NCBI GenBank assembly: GCA_963715335.1
Contig: CAVQRZ010000019.1
Location: forward strand, 96,001 to 160,000
Origin: an uncultured delta proteobacterium
GTDB taxonomy: Bacteria > Desulfobacterota > Desulfuromonadia > Desulfuromonadales > BM103
DNA: 64,000 bases
Direction of reading: 5' to 3'
A model generated the notes under the pieces. That model saw nothing but the letters and a program-made list of their open reading frames with translations, did not search any database and was not told the DNA's origin. Made by a program: the position numbers and the translations under genes. Below are positions 28,636 through 39,393 of this stretch, in pieces (the first letter of the stretch is position 1; the number at the start of each line of letters is the position of its first letter).

Positions 28636-29164
28636 GGCAACAGATGGTTAATCTGTTGCCCTCTGTCTTTATTCTTAAAAAGCTTAAAACCAAAACCGGC
28701 GGGTCGCGTCCCGCCCGACGCCATACTTTTGTCCGGCAACAAAAGTATGCAAAAGTGCCTTCTCCTTGCGGAGGGCATCTCCTTTGCCGGATTTCTGTGA
28801 CTTCAGGAACCTTTACTGATGGGGATCCGGCCCTGTGTCAAAGGGCCTGACCTTGCCGTGTGATTTACCAGGGAAAAGCCAAAGCAACCTCTATCAATGC
28901 AAGTCTCCACGAAAGGAGAGGCTCTCAAGAGCCTCGGCTCCTGCGGGGGAAACGCTGGGCTCTTGATCGATTAGAACCATCCGGATTGAGGTTGCCGCCT
29001 TGACGCGCCAGACATGCCCAGCGCAGCGCAGGCCTTTTTCTGCTTACTCTTTTAGGCCAGTAAAAGAGTAAGGCGCCGTCGGGGGGCGCAACCCCCGGGT
29101 TCTGTTTTTGTCTTTGATTTCCAGAGAACAACAGCAAAGGGCAACAGATTAACCATCTGTTGCC
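28636..29164. repeat. REPIN/MITE-like element bounded by 26-bp perfect inverted repeats that are themselves hairpins
   Basis: GGCAACAGATGGTTAATCTGTTGCCC (28636-28661) and its exact reverse complement (29139-29164); analogous subterminal hairpin modules on both sides. Confidence 0.75.
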
Positions 29165-29187
29165 CTTGTTTGTTCATTTCGCAAAAT

Positions 29188-30312
29188 CTAGTTCGACAAC
29201 CGATCCAGAAACTCCACGATCTTTGGTGTAAACTTCTCCGGCTCAACCAGGAACGAATCGTGCCCATAGTCCGAGTCAACCAAGTGGTACTCCGTCGGTT
29301 TGCCCTGGGAATGCAGCACCTCGATCAACTCTTCGGTCTGATACGGTGGGTAGAGCCAGTCCGAAGAGAATGCAAACCAGAGTGATGCGCAGTTCAGGTT
29401 GCTCAGCGCTTCGTCCAGCCCTTCAAAACCCCAGGCAATATCGTAGAGGTCCAATGACTTGGCCAGGTAGAGGAAGCTGTTGGTGTCAAAGCGGTCGACA
29501 AAGTTGCGGCCGTTGTATGCCAGATAGCGTTCGATCTCGAACTGGCCGAAGAAATCAAACTGGCCATCCCGGGAAGAGAACCTCCTGCCGAACTTGAGGT
29601 TCATCGACGGGTCGGACAAAAACGAGATGTGGCCGACGGCACGGGCCAGGGCCAGGCCGTCTGCCGGGGGATGCTCCGGCTTGTAGTTACCTTTGCGCCA
29701 CATTGGATCGTTGTAGATCGCCTGTCGGGCCAGTGCATTCAGGGCGATCGCCATCGGCGACGGCCGTCCGGTTCCGGCGATCGGGATGATCGAGCAAACC
29801 CGGTCCGGGTAGTGGATTCCCCACTCGATGGCCTGCATGGCTCCCATGCTGCCGCCGATCACCGTGAGCAGCCGGTCGATCCCCAGATGGTCCAGAAGCA
29901 GCTGCTGGGCACGCACCATGTCGCGGACCATGACCACCGGGAACTGCAGGTTGTAAGGCTTGCCGGTCCGCGGGTTGGTGCTGGTCGGTCCGGTGGAGCC
30001 GAAGCAGGAACCGATCACATTCGAACAGATGACAAAATAGCGGTTGGTGTCGAGGACTTTGCCCGGGCCGATCATATCATCCCACCAGCCCGGTTTGCGA
30101 TCGTCGGCATGATGGCGCCCGGCCGCATGCGCATCACCGGTCCAGGCGTGCGCCACCAGTACGGCGTTGCTTCGGGCCTCGTTCAACATCCCGTATGTTT
30201 CATAGGCAAGCGTCAAGGGCCCGAGCAGTCGGCCGCTTTCCAGCCGCAGCTCAACGTCGAAGTCGACGTATTCTGTTTTGACGATGATTGCCGAATCGTT
30301 CACGGTAAACAA
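29188..30312 (-). CDS. metX: Homoserine O-acyltransferase (MetX family)
   Basis: [22 protein letters not shown], nucleophile GGSMGA, SDWLYPP, GHDSFL. Confidence 0.95.
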   Translation of the reverse strand: MFTVNDSAIIVKTEYVDFDVELRLESGRLLGPLTLAYETYGMLNEARSNAVLVAHAWTGDAHAAGRHHADDRKPGWWDDMIGPGKVLDTNRYFVICSNVIGSCFGSTGPTSTNPRTGKPYNLQFPVVMVRDMVRAQQLLLDHLGIDRLLTVIGGSMGAMQAIEWGIHYPDRVCSIIPIAGTGRPSPMAIALNALARQAIYNDPMWRKGNYKPEHPPADGLALARAVGHISFLSDPSMNLKFGRRFSSRDGQFDFFGQFEIERYLAYNGRNFVDRFDTNSFLYLAKSLDLYDIAWGFEGLDEALSNLNCASLWFAFSSDWLYPPYQTEELIEVLHSQGKPTEYHLVDSDYGHDSFLVEPEKFTPKIVEFLDRLSN

Positions 30313-30320
30313 CCCTGTTG

Positions 30321-30360
30321 AAAATAAAAGGCCCCTTCCCGAGAAAATGAGAAGGGGCCG
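30321..30360 (-). terminator. Riboswitch expression-platform terminator
   Basis: GGCCCCTTCTC...GGGAAGGGGCC followed by TTTTATTTT, between the SAM aptamer and metX. Confidence 0.8.
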
Positions 30361-30393
30361 GCAGATACTTTGTAAACTGTATTGCGGGCTCCG

Positions 30394-30520
30394 TCCTCAT
30401 CTGTCCCGTGGCTTTAACCTCGGGCCGGATTTAGCACCTGGCACCCGCTATGGCGCTTTCTTCCGCGGGCCGGTTGCTGTGGCTTCAAAGGGCCTGTCCC
30501 TCCACCACTCTTGATAAAGA
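30394..30520 (-). promoter_or_regulatory. SAM-I riboswitch
   Basis: TTATCAAGAGTGGTGGAGGGACAGGCCC...GCCACAGCAACC...GGTGCTAAATCC...GATGAG, upstream of metX. Confidence 0.95.
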
Positions 30521-30586
30521 CGTGTTGCTATGTAGGCAAAACTCTAACGAAAACTGTCTGCTTTGTCAAACGCTTTGCTGCATGGG

Positions 30587-32950
30587 TTATGATTTGAAAG
30601 AACCGATCTGTTTCTCCAGTACGTTAGCCTGTTCGGCCAGGTTTTCAACCACCGTGTCGAGTTCTGTGGTGCGGACGGCGTTCTCCTCGGCAACCTTGCG
30701 CACAGCGGATGCTGATTCAACCAGCTGACGACTGCGCGCTGATTGGTCCTTGGACGACTGGTCGATCTGTTGCAGCATGTTGCGGATATTTTCCATGCTG
30801 GCGCTGATCTGGTGACTGCCCCTGGCTTGCTCGCCGGTGCTGAGCTTGACCTGTGAGGAGATGTCTTTCATAGATTCTGCCGCTTCGGCGAGGAGTTGAA
30901 TGCCGTCTGACTGTTGTTTGACGGCCGAGGAGATCTGCTGCAGCATGTTGGCAATCTGGTTGACCGCCTCGGTGATCTGGCGACTGCCCCGAGACTGTTC
31001 CTGGGTGGCGCGCACGATGCTTTTGACCTGCTCGGCAGATCGAAGGGCACTGTGGGTCAGCTTTTCCAGGGCCTCTTCGGCGACTTTTGAGCGTTCAGCC
31101 TCTTCATGGACGCGTTCGCTGCCGACCTGCATGGCCTTGACGGCCTCCACGGTGCCGGTCTGCAGGCGCCGGATGATTGCGGAAATCTCCTGGGTGGACA
31201 TGGCCGTTCGCTCCGCCAGTTCACGGATCTCGTCGGCTACCACGGCAAAACCCTTACCATGTTCACCGGCCTGTGCGGCAATAATCGATGCGTTCAGGGA
31301 CAGCAGCCTGGTCTGGTCGGCGACTTCGTCGATAACGGTCAGGATCGAGCCGATCTCGCCGGACTGCTTGCCCAGCTCTTCAATAGCCCGGCTGGCGTCT
31401 TCAACGTTCGCCCGGATCAGTTGAATGCCGGAAATCGTCTCGGCCACGGCAGCCTTGCCCAACTCCGCGTCACGGCTGGCTTGCTCCGAGAGTTCATTGG
31501 TCAGCAGGGCCGTTTCCTCGACTTCCTTGATCGATGCGTCCATCTCGGTGATCGAAGAAGCGGTTACTTCCGTCGAAGAAGAAAGGTTGTCGAGATTGTC
31601 GGCAACCTGCTGGCTGGACACCGACATTTCAGTGGTCGAGCTGGAAACCTCTTCAATCGTACTGAAGAGGCGTTCGACCTGGGCGACAATTTCTTCTATC
31701 GTCGCGCCAAGTTCCAGGGTTGCTGACGATGAAATTTCGACCGCTTCGAGCAAGGCGCTGATACTGTTGCCGACTTCGAGCGTCGATTCGTCGATGCTTT
31801 TAATTGCCACGAACGAATCCTCAAGGGCTGCAGCCTGGTTGGCCGTGCCGTTGCTGACATCCTGGGACGTGTGGCGAATTTTCTCCGTGGCGACCGAGAT
31901 ATCCGCGCCAGCCGAGCGCAGGCGCTGGACCATCTCACGCAGGCGGGCGACAAAGTTGTTGAAATTGCCGGCCAGCTCGCCAACTTCATCGTTGCTGCTG
32001 ACCACGAGCGTCCTGGTCAGGTCTGCCTCGCCCTGGGAAATCTCTCTCAGGTTGTCGACGACGACCAGGAGCGGTTGGGTCAGCGCCCGGGAGAACAGGA
32101 ACGCCGCGACCAGTACGATTGCAACGACGGCAACAATCAGGATGGCCATCAGGTTGCGCAATGACTGCCGCGCCTGCAGGGCCTCTTCAAGGTCCTGGGC
32201 GATCATCAGATTGAATGCGGTGCCGGTCAGTTCACGCGTGATCGGCAGGTATGGCTTCTCCCCAAGCAGGATTTCGCTATTCTGCCGGGACAGATCCTGG
32301 CCCTGGAAGTCAGCGTGGGAGGCACCGACGACTCCCTGCTCGTCGAAGAACGCAACCTCGACGCCACCCATTTGCTTGACATGGAGGGCGAATTCATTGT
32401 CGAGAAGATAGGCTCCGACCAGGAACCCGACGACGTTGTCCTGAAGTCTGACCGGGCTGGCCACAAGAATTGTCAGCTTGCCGAGATAGTTAGACAGCCC
32501 CGCCTGGATATTCCCTTCTTTGCGGGCGGCGACCAGCAGGGGATGGTTTGTCTCCGGCTGCTCAGGCAGGCTCAGCCCCTCATTGTGGACCCTGAACAGA
32601 GACGTGCCGTCCGCTGCGAGGACCTCGAGGATGTCCATGCCGTACTGTTCCCGGTCGGTTTCGATCGGTTCCCGAAGCTGATCGATGTCTCCGGTCAGGG
32701 AAGCGTAATACAGGGCGTTGACGATATCGGAGGAGCTGCTCAGCAGTCTAAGGTAGTTGGATAATTCCTGCTGGCTGCTGGTGGTACTGCGGGCAACGAA
32801 GTTGCTCGATTTTTCGGCAAACTGCTTCATGCTGTTGCGAATCTGGTCGTTGGTGAAGTTGGAAAGGAAGTTCAGGCTGAACAGCAGGGGAACGACGGCG
32901 ACCAGAAGCATGACCAGCAAGGTTTTGCCGCGTAGTTTTATTTTGAGCAT
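30587..32950 (-). CDS. Methyl-accepting chemotaxis protein (periplasmic sensor, HAMP, extended signalling domain)
   Basis: Two TM segments, HAMP ([11 protein letters not shown]), hairpin tip [34 protein letters not shown]. Confidence 0.95.
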   Translation of the reverse strand: MLKIKLRGKTLLVMLLVAVVPLLFSLNFLSNFTNDQIRNSMKQFAEKSSNFVARSTTSSQQELSNYLRLLSSSSDIVNALYYASLTGDIDQLREPIETDREQYGMDILEVLAADGTSLFRVHNEGLSLPEQPETNHPLLVAARKEGNIQAGLSNYLGKLTILVASPVRLQDNVVGFLVGAYLLDNEFALHVKQMGGVEVAFFDEQGVVGASHADFQGQDLSRQNSEILLGEKPYLPITRELTGTAFNLMIAQDLEEALQARQSLRNLMAILIVAVVAIVLVAAFLFSRALTQPLLVVVDNLREISQGEADLTRTLVVSSNDEVGELAGNFNNFVARLREMVQRLRSAGADISVATEKIRHTSQDVSNGTANQAAALEDSFVAIKSIDESTLEVGNSISALLEAVEISSSATLELGATIEEIVAQVERLFSTIEEVSSSTTEMSVSSQQVADNLDNLSSSTEVTASSITEMDASIKEVEETALLTNELSEQASRDAELGKAAVAETISGIQLIRANVEDASRAIEELGKQSGEIGSILTVIDEVADQTRLLSLNASIIAAQAGEHGKGFAVVADEIRELAERTAMSTQEISAIIRRLQTGTVEAVKAMQVGSERVHEEAERSKVAEEALEKLTHSALRSAEQVKSIVRATQEQSRGSRQITEAVNQIANMLQQISSAVKQQSDGIQLLAEAAESMKDISSQVKLSTGEQARGSHQISASMENIRNMLQQIDQSSKDQSARSRQLVESASAVRKVAEENAVRTTELDTVVENLAEQANVLEKQIGSFKS

Positions 32951-33000
32951 CAGGTTACCTCAAGCAAGGTTGGAATGTCAGGAAATGAATTCGCTGGGCA

Positions 33001-33960
33001 TTATTTCACGATTTGCGCCTTTGATGCAATTCCCGGCGGGATGGTCAGCCCGAGTTGGCCGGCAGTCTGTTGATTGATTTTCAGGGTGATCTTTTTGGCT
33101 TCCCTGACCGGTAGAATATGGGCTTTCTGCCCTTGCAGCACCTGCAGCACATGCACTGCGACCAGTTTGCCCTGCTCTTCCGGATCGGCCTCCAGCCCAA
33201 TCAGGGCGCCGGCCTCGACCAAACCCGGAATCTGTGAAAAAACGATACAGCCGTTTGCCTGTGCGGCAGAAAGAATCTCTTTGCTCTGCAGGGCGACGGC
33301 AATGCTCTCGGTGAGGAATAATGCGTCGGATGCAGCCGCCAGTTTACTCCCGAGTTCTGCCGCTTCATTGGGATTGCGGGCATTCTCGGCAGAGACATTG
33401 AAGCCGAAGTCTTTGCCTAGCTCCTTCAGCTCTGCCAACTGCTGCGCTGAACCGCCTTCTCCATCGGTATAGAGGACACCGATCTTTTTGACCGGTTTGA
33501 CGGCAACCAGGGCTTCGACGAGTTGTTTGAGACTCGTCTTGCTGGTAGCGCCGCTGGCGTCGGTGCCGGGGGCCGCGAGAGTTTTGACAATGCCAAGGGC
33601 AACCGGGTCATACACGTCGGCGAACAGCAAAGGGGTGTCTTTTAGCTCACTTTTTGCAACCTCGGCGGCACGGCAACCATAAGTAACCACTATGGTTGCG
33701 CCTGCGGCCTCGAACCTGCGCAGGCTGTTAACCAGTGACATCTTGTCGGCATTCGGTGACTGTGTGAATATCTTCAGTTTGTCTTCGCCGAAGCCGCCGG
33801 TCTGCAGCACTTTGATCATGGCCTGGTGGGCTTGCTGATAGCGCGGCAGGTCCGCGGTCACAATGGCACCAATGATCTGCTGGGCACTGACCGTTCGGCA
33901 GAAGAGCATGCCGGAGAAAACCACCGTCATGACAATCAACGTACGAAAAACATGATTCAT
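33001..33960 (-). CDS. Periplasmic substrate-binding protein (ABC_sub_bind-like); no permease or ATPase nearby
   Basis: Signal peptide, PLLFADVYDPVALGIV, KIGVLY, C-terminal INQQTAGQLGLTIP. Confidence 0.8.
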   Translation of the reverse strand: MNHVFRTLIVMTVVFSGMLFCRTVSAQQIIGAIVTADLPRYQQAHQAMIKVLQTGGFGEDKLKIFTQSPNADKMSLVNSLRRFEAAGATIVVTYGCRAAEVAKSELKDTPLLFADVYDPVALGIVKTLAAPGTDASGATSKTSLKQLVEALVAVKPVKKIGVLYTDGEGGSAQQLAELKELGKDFGFNVSAENARNPNEAAELGSKLAAASDALFLTESIAVALQSKEILSAAQANGCIVFSQIPGLVEAGALIGLEADPEEQGKLVAVHVLQVLQGQKAHILPVREAKKITLKINQQTAGQLGLTIPPGIASKAQIVK

Positions 33961-34017
33961 GTGCTTACCCTGCTCCCCTCACACCGGTTTCATGATTGAA
34001 CACCGCCCGACCTTGAC

Positions 34018-36131
34018 TCAGAAGCTGCCGCCGAGGCTGGCGATGAAGGTCTGTGCCGAACCGTCAAAGACATCGGAGTTTTGATCGTCGTAATCGTCAT
34101 AGGTGTATTCAAACTGGGCTCTCAGCATCCTGGTGAACTGCCAGGTGATGCGGCTCTTGAAACCGTTTTGCCGGATGTCCACTTCGCTGATATCTTTCAG
34201 CTCCTCAGGGTTGACAATGCTGGGCAGGGGCGCATCATCTTCTGAAAAGCCAGGTGTAAATTCAGATGAGGAGCGGATATGGTAGCCTTCGACCCGGCAG
34301 TTCAGGTTTTCCAGGATGCGCAGGTTGATCCCGGCGGAGAGGGTGTGGACCCGCTGCTCGAAATCGGAATCATCGTCGACAAAGGAATAATCGTTGAGAT
34401 TGCCTGTATTGCCTGCATCAGCTGGCCCCGCACCATAGAGCGTGTCCTGGTCGATCTTGGAGTGCAGCATGCCGTAGTTGAGGTCCGCGGAAACGATGTT
34501 GTTCGGGATGAACCAGAGGCCGATGGCCAGGTTCTCGCGCTCCTCGTCACGGTCGAGATCAAACGGTGTCTCGATCCCTGATGGGGGTTCCCGATCGAAC
34601 TGGGTGTAGGTGCGGTCGTCATTGTCGCCGCGCAGGATATCGATGCTGCCGGTCGCCCCCCAGGTCGCGGAGGGCTTGTAGCTGGCGTTGAAGAAGAGCT
34701 CGTTGCTGGAACTCAGGCTGGTGCCGTAAGCGGGGTCGTCGACGTGCTTGTATTCATACCAGCCGTTGAACTTGAGCGCCGATTTTTCCAGGTGGCGGGA
34801 AAAGAAACTCAGCCGGAACCGGTCGATCGTTTCGTTGCTCGGCACGTCCCAGAAGGGGTTGGCTTGATGCAGCGAATGAAGCTGAAGTTGATCTTATGCC
34901 GGTATGATTGCGGTCGGTGTCTTCGCGCTCGTAGTCGCCTTTGAGTGTCAGACGACGAGTCGGACGGTAGGAGACGGTCGCCGCATAATTGTTGCGGTCG
35001 ATATCGATGCTCTGCCGAACGGGACCGTGCAGTCGGGGCCAAAACCACTATAAGATATCCGTGGACATTTGACGATTGGGTTGCCGGGCCATCGCTGTCG
35101 AGGTCCAGCATCCGGTAACGGAAATTCATCGTCCACTTCTCACCGGGGGTGTAAGTGACATCGGCGGCCAGTTTCTGGTAGTCGGTTTCGGGGTCTATCG
35201 GGTTGGATATCACTGCCGTCCGATTCGTTCTCACGTTTGCCGATCGTGTAGCTGGCGGAGGTGACAAAGCCGCCGGACGGCGGAAGGTTGACCTTGAAAG
35301 TCGATTCGACAAGCCTGGAGTCGGGCGCAGTATCGTGTTCATAGTCTCCAGCAGGGCGACCCAAGATCAAATGGCTCGTTAAATATCATCACTTTGATCG
35401 GCGGTTTTTTCCCGGAATTCGCGCAGGGTTTGCAGGAAGGCGATGTCGACCGGTCCGAGGTGGGCGTCAAACCCGGCCGTGATCTCTTCGGTGACCCGGT
35501 CGATCTTGCGAGTGCGGCTCTGCATGTGGCAGCTGCTGCGCGAAACAACTGCTTCATCGACGAAACGCAGCTGCATATCGCCTTTTTTCTCCAGGCGCCA
35601 GTAGGAGAGGTTGATATGGGCCGGATAGTCGGGGACATTGCCCCGCAGCTTGACCTCGTTGATCGTGATTTGCCGGCCATAGTCATCACCTGGATTGTTG
35701 ATCCTCGTAAGTCACAGAGACGTTCCCAGGCGTGCCGTTGTGGGGAGTCTTCGCGTGTTGAGTAGGGCACGTGGTCCAGGTTGTGATACATCCTTTCCGA
35801 GCGGAGGTGCAGGCGGAACAGGTTCGTGTCCAGACCGCCCGCGAAATTGAAGTCCTTGTGACCCAGGTAATCGCCGACCAGGGAGAACTTTCGTCCGGTG
35901 TCATATTTCTTGACGACCAGGTTGAAGGTCGGGCTGTCGTTGAGGTAGCTGTATTCCGCGGCCCGGTTCGGGCTGTTGTCGGTATCGACGAAGCGGTAGC
36001 CCGCTGAAACCTCGACGATCTGCTCATCTTCCAGGAGCAGCAGGTCGGTCGAGGTCTGCCAGGCTGAAAGTTGCCGGCAACATCAACAAGGAAAGAGCCA
36101 GAATCCCGTATCGCATATATTTTTCAACCAT
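34018..36131 (-). pseudogene. MtrB/PioB-like outer-membrane beta-barrel partner of the cytochrome, broken by at least 7 frameshifts
   Basis: Eight successive frame segments from the signal peptide MRYGILALSLL through AAEYSYL, YHNLDH, QLRFVDE..SCHMQS, YQKLAADVTY and SIDIDRNNY to C-terminal ASLGGSF (terminal Phe). Confidence 0.7.
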
Positions 36132-36193
36132 TTCAATCATCTCCTGTGTCCCCGAACAGTTAGGCAAAACGAATTTGCATGCAATTGCCGAAG

Positions 36194-37186
36194 CTACCTG
36201 GCAAGGAAAGTGCCCCGGCCGTGGGACGATGGGTTGTCGCTCCCGTGGATGGCCGAATGGCAGTCCGTGCACCGGGTGAAGTACGCCTGTTTCTGAGGAC
36301 TCCCCGCTAGCGAGGGATAATTGGCTACCGTTAAAGTGGCTGCGGCATGGCACTGCATGCACAGGAAAGGTTGCGAGACTTCCAGCAGCGGTTCGTTGGG
36401 TGACCCGTGGGGGCTATGACAGTTGGTGCAGTCCTCGGTGACATCGGCGTGCTCGTAAACGAACGGCCCCTGGTATTCCATGTGGCAGCGCGTGCAGAGG
36501 GCCTTCGAGGTCATCCCTTTGAGGTTGTGATCGTTGGTCGACTGGTGCGGATCGTGGCAGTCGGTGCAGGCCATCTTATGCTCCGGCACCGGATGGTGGG
36601 AAAACTGGGCGAACTCCATCTTGACCTGCGTGTGGCAGCCGGTACAGAGTTCCTGTTCCTCCTTGCGGCCGACTTTCTGCTCGGGGCCCTTGTGCAGCTT
36701 GTGGCAATCGAAGCAGCTGACTTCATTCAGGGCGTGCACGCTGGAATTCCAGCTGTGGAGGTTGGGCGTCGATGCCGCCGAATGGCAGCGCAGGCAGAGC
36801 ATCGACTGGGCCTGGGCCGGGAATTCGGTAATCGGCAGCAAGGTTTTGAAGTCGCAGGGCTGCCCCTGTATTACGTTCTCGACAGCCATGCTGCCGGGGC
36901 CGTGGCAGGATTCGCAGTTCACCAGCGGCAGACCGGTCTCCTCGGAGATCTGGTCGCCGTGGATCGAATGTTTGAAGTCACTCGCGACCCTGTCATGAAC
37001 GTGGCATTTTGTCAGACAGTTGTCGTCACCGATGTAGTTGGCTTCGAGGTTGCCCACCAGGATGGTCTCGTAATCTCTGACGGGCGCGATCGGTTGTGAA
37101 TTACGCAGGGTGGCAAGATCGGTGCACGCAACAAAAACAATACTTGCCAGGACAATAAAGATGGGAATTCGATATCGCAAAGCCAT
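36194..37186 (-). CDS. Decaheme c-type cytochrome lipoprotein (DmsE/MtrA-like)
   Basis: Lipobox-like VFVAC; nine CxxCH plus one CxxxCH (CLTKCH); GPFVYEH and CHSPHGS motifs. Confidence 0.88.
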   Translation of the reverse strand: MALRYRIPIFIVLASIVFVACTDLATLRNSQPIAPVRDYETILVGNLEANYIGDDNCLTKCHVHDRVASDFKHSIHGDQISEETGLPLVNCESCHGPGSMAVENVIQGQPCDFKTLLPITEFPAQAQSMLCLRCHSAASTPNLHSWNSSVHALNEVSCFDCHKLHKGPEQKVGRKEEQELCTGCHTQVKMEFAQFSHHPVPEHKMACTDCHDPHQSTNDHNLKGMTSKALCTRCHMEYQGPFVYEHADVTEDCTNCHSPHGSPNEPLLEVSQPFLCMQCHAAATLTVANYPSLAGSPQKQAYFTRCTDCHSAIHGSDNPSSHGRGTFLAR

Positions 37187-37593
37187 ACCTCCTGAAGTGA
37201 AGAAGAAACCGTTTTCAAAAAAGTTGTCCGGAGAAAGACGTCTTCTCCAGCCAGTTCATTAAAGTGCGAAATAAGTCTGCAATAATCGTTCCCGTAAGAA
37301 GAACTTCATTGGCCTTATCAAATGTCTTGCGTTTGAATCTGATGATCTTAAAGGCGCCTCGATAATCGTCGATGACGGTCTTATCGTTGAATATAGGGGC
37401 TGTTGAGCTGTTTGATCGATCGGAAGAGGGGGGCGGCTGGCTTCTGCGGAGCATGTGAACAGAAACCTATGCAATTGGCCGGTTGCCCGGTTAAGCGTTG
37501 CTACCGCTTCGATTTGCATGTCTTTGTGGTTTAAGATCATATCCCGAAGTTTTTGATAGCATATTAAGCTTAATTATATAAAAATTAGCGCAA

Positions 37594-37621
37594 ATTATAT
37601 GTAAATTAAATTAAAAGTCAA
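37594..37621 (-). promoter_or_regulatory. Sigma70-type promoter about 400 nt upstream of the cytochrome
   Basis: TTGACT-N16-TATAAT in a very AT-rich stretch. Confidence 0.55.
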
Positions 37622-37821
37622 GACATTAAATGTAAAAAAACACATGAGTTTCGTCTGATAATAGGCCGCGCACGGACGTGCCTCTGGGATAACGGTGACT
37701 AAAATGGGAAGGAAAAGTGACAAAAAATGGTAGCCGAGCGTGCCGGGTGTGGTCGATTCTGCGGGCAGCTCACAGGCTGTAGAAAAGCCGCAGCATTGTC
37801 GCTGGCGGGTCCGGCCCGTGG

Positions 37822-38262
37822 CTAGGAGGGGGGGCGACTGGAGATGGACGGGTGATGCACCTGCCTGGTGGCCAGGCCGGCAAAGTCATAGCGTGACAGG
37901 GTTTTCATGAAGTCTTTGCGAATCTCCGCCCAGGCCCCGTGCACCGGACAGAAGAACTCACGCTCGCAGGCGCCCTCTTCGATCATGCACTGGTTGAGGT
38001 AGACCGGGCCTTCCTGGGATTTGATAATGTCCAGCAGGGTGATCTCCGCCGGTTCCTTCGCCAGGTAGAAACCGCCGCCGACGCCGCGCTGCGATCCGAC
38101 GATGCCGTCCTTGATCAACGGCTGCAGGATCTTGGTCAGAAAAGCCGGGGTAATATCCTGCGTTTTGCAGATATCTTTTTTGTAGACGATCTCACCGGCC
38201 GGCTGGCGGGACATGTAAAGAATGGCTCGGATGGCGTATTCTGTTGCGCGGGTAATGATCAA
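37822..38262 (-). CDS. Rrf2 family transcriptional regulator with three Cys (Fe-S type)
   Basis: TRATEYAIRA, SQRGVGGGF, C-x6-C-x5-CPVH; likely TTG start at 38262 after AAAGGA. Confidence 0.9.
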   Translation of the reverse strand: MIITRATEYAIRAILYMSRQPAGEIVYKKDICKTQDITPAFLTKILQPLIKDGIVGSQRGVGGGFYLAKEPAEITLLDIIKSQEGPVYLNQCMIEEGACEREFFCPVHGAWAEIRKDFMKTLSRYDFAGLATRQVHHPSISSRPPS

Positions 38263-38273
38263 GCGGGATTCCT

Positions 38274-38331
38274 TTGTCAGGATTCTTGACAATTTTCGTA
38301 ATAAAGTAATGGTTTTGGTCGGTTATGTCAA
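38274..38331 (-). promoter_or_regulatory. Rrf2 promoter and a downstream palindrome
   Basis: TTGACA-N17-TACTTT (38331-38303); TTGTCA-N7-TGACAA (38274-38292). Confidence 0.55.
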
Positions 38332-38472
38332 TCATTAATCCTTGCCCGATGCAAGTTGGTCCCTTCCTGGAAGCGGAATTCATCCCGCGGATTGACAGCA
38401 TCTTTCAGGCAAGGGCATTATGCCCGATGCACAGACTCATTCAGATTCCATAACTAAGGAGCAGTTCCCTGC

Positions 38473-39393
38473 ATGTCAGCAGAACAGGTAATTGGTCGTT
38501 TCGCCCCGAGCCCCACCGGGCCCTTGCACTTCGGTTCCCTGATCGCCGCGGTCGGCAGCTACTGCCTGGCGCGCCAGGCCGGTGGCCGCTGGCTGTTGCG
38601 CATGGAAGACCTGGATACCCCAAGGGTTGTGCCTGGCGCTGCGGATGACATCCTGTTCACCCTGGAGAACCTCGGCCTGCATTGGGATGGTGAGATCGTC
38701 TGGCAGAGCCGGCGCACCGATGCTTACCAGGCTGCAGTTGAAACACTGCGTGACCAGGGACAGGTCTTCGATTGTGCCTGCTCGCGCAAGGAGATTCTAC
38801 TGAGCGCGCCACATCCGGGCGAAGAAGGGCCGGTCTATCCCGGGACCTGCCGCTCAGGGCTGCCGGCGGGGCGCACGCCGCGTGCCCAACGCATCATCGT
38901 GCCTGACCGACAGGTCTGTTTTACCGATGGAGTGTTTGGTCCTATGCAGCAGGTCCTCACTGAGGCCGTGGGCGATTTTGTCCTGCGTCGTGCGGATGGA
39001 CAGTTTGCCTATCAACTGGCCGTCGTGATCGATGATGCCGCCAGCGGGGTCAACCAGGTCGTTCGCGGTGCAGACCTGCTGTCGTCGACGCCGAGACAGA
39101 TTTTTCTCCATGCCTGCCTGGGAAACCCGGTCCCGAAGTACATTCATCTGCCGTTGCTGACAGACCGGCAAGGCAAAAAAATCAGCAAACGCCAGGGTGC
39201 GCTCGGTTTTGATTCCAGGGTCAACCCTTCCGCTCTGATTGTGCGGACGTTGAATCTCCTCGGCCAGGTCGTCCCTGAGGAGGCGGCTCAATCACCACCG
39301 GCGGAGCTTCTTGACTGGGCTTGCCGGAACCTTGAACGGAGGCGCATCCCGACGGGTCATCAGGGCCTGGTGCTCGATGATTTCCCGCTTTAA
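38473..39393 (+). CDS. gluQ: Glutamyl-Q tRNA(Asp) synthetase
   Basis: GRFAPSPTGPLHFGS, CACSRK, YQLAVVIDD, KISK; no anticodon-binding domain. Confidence 0.93.
   Translation: MSAEQVIGRFAPSPTGPLHFGSLIAAVGSYCLARQAGGRWLLRMEDLDTPRVVPGAADDILFTLENLGLHWDGEIVWQSRRTDAYQAAVETLRDQGQVFDCACSRKEILLSAPHPGEEGPVYPGTCRSGLPAGRTPRAQRIIVPDRQVCFTDGVFGPMQQVLTEAVGDFVLRRADGQFAYQLAVVIDDAASGVNQVVRGADLLSSTPRQIFLHACLGNPVPKYIHLPLLTDRQGKKISKRQGALGFDSRVNPSALIVRTLNLLGQVVPEEAAQSPPAELLDWACRNLERRRIPTGHQGLVLDDFPL

Noticed and set aside
28644..29279. Short ORFs sharing MVNLLP on opposite strands
   Set aside because: Translation by-products of the inverted termini of the repeat element
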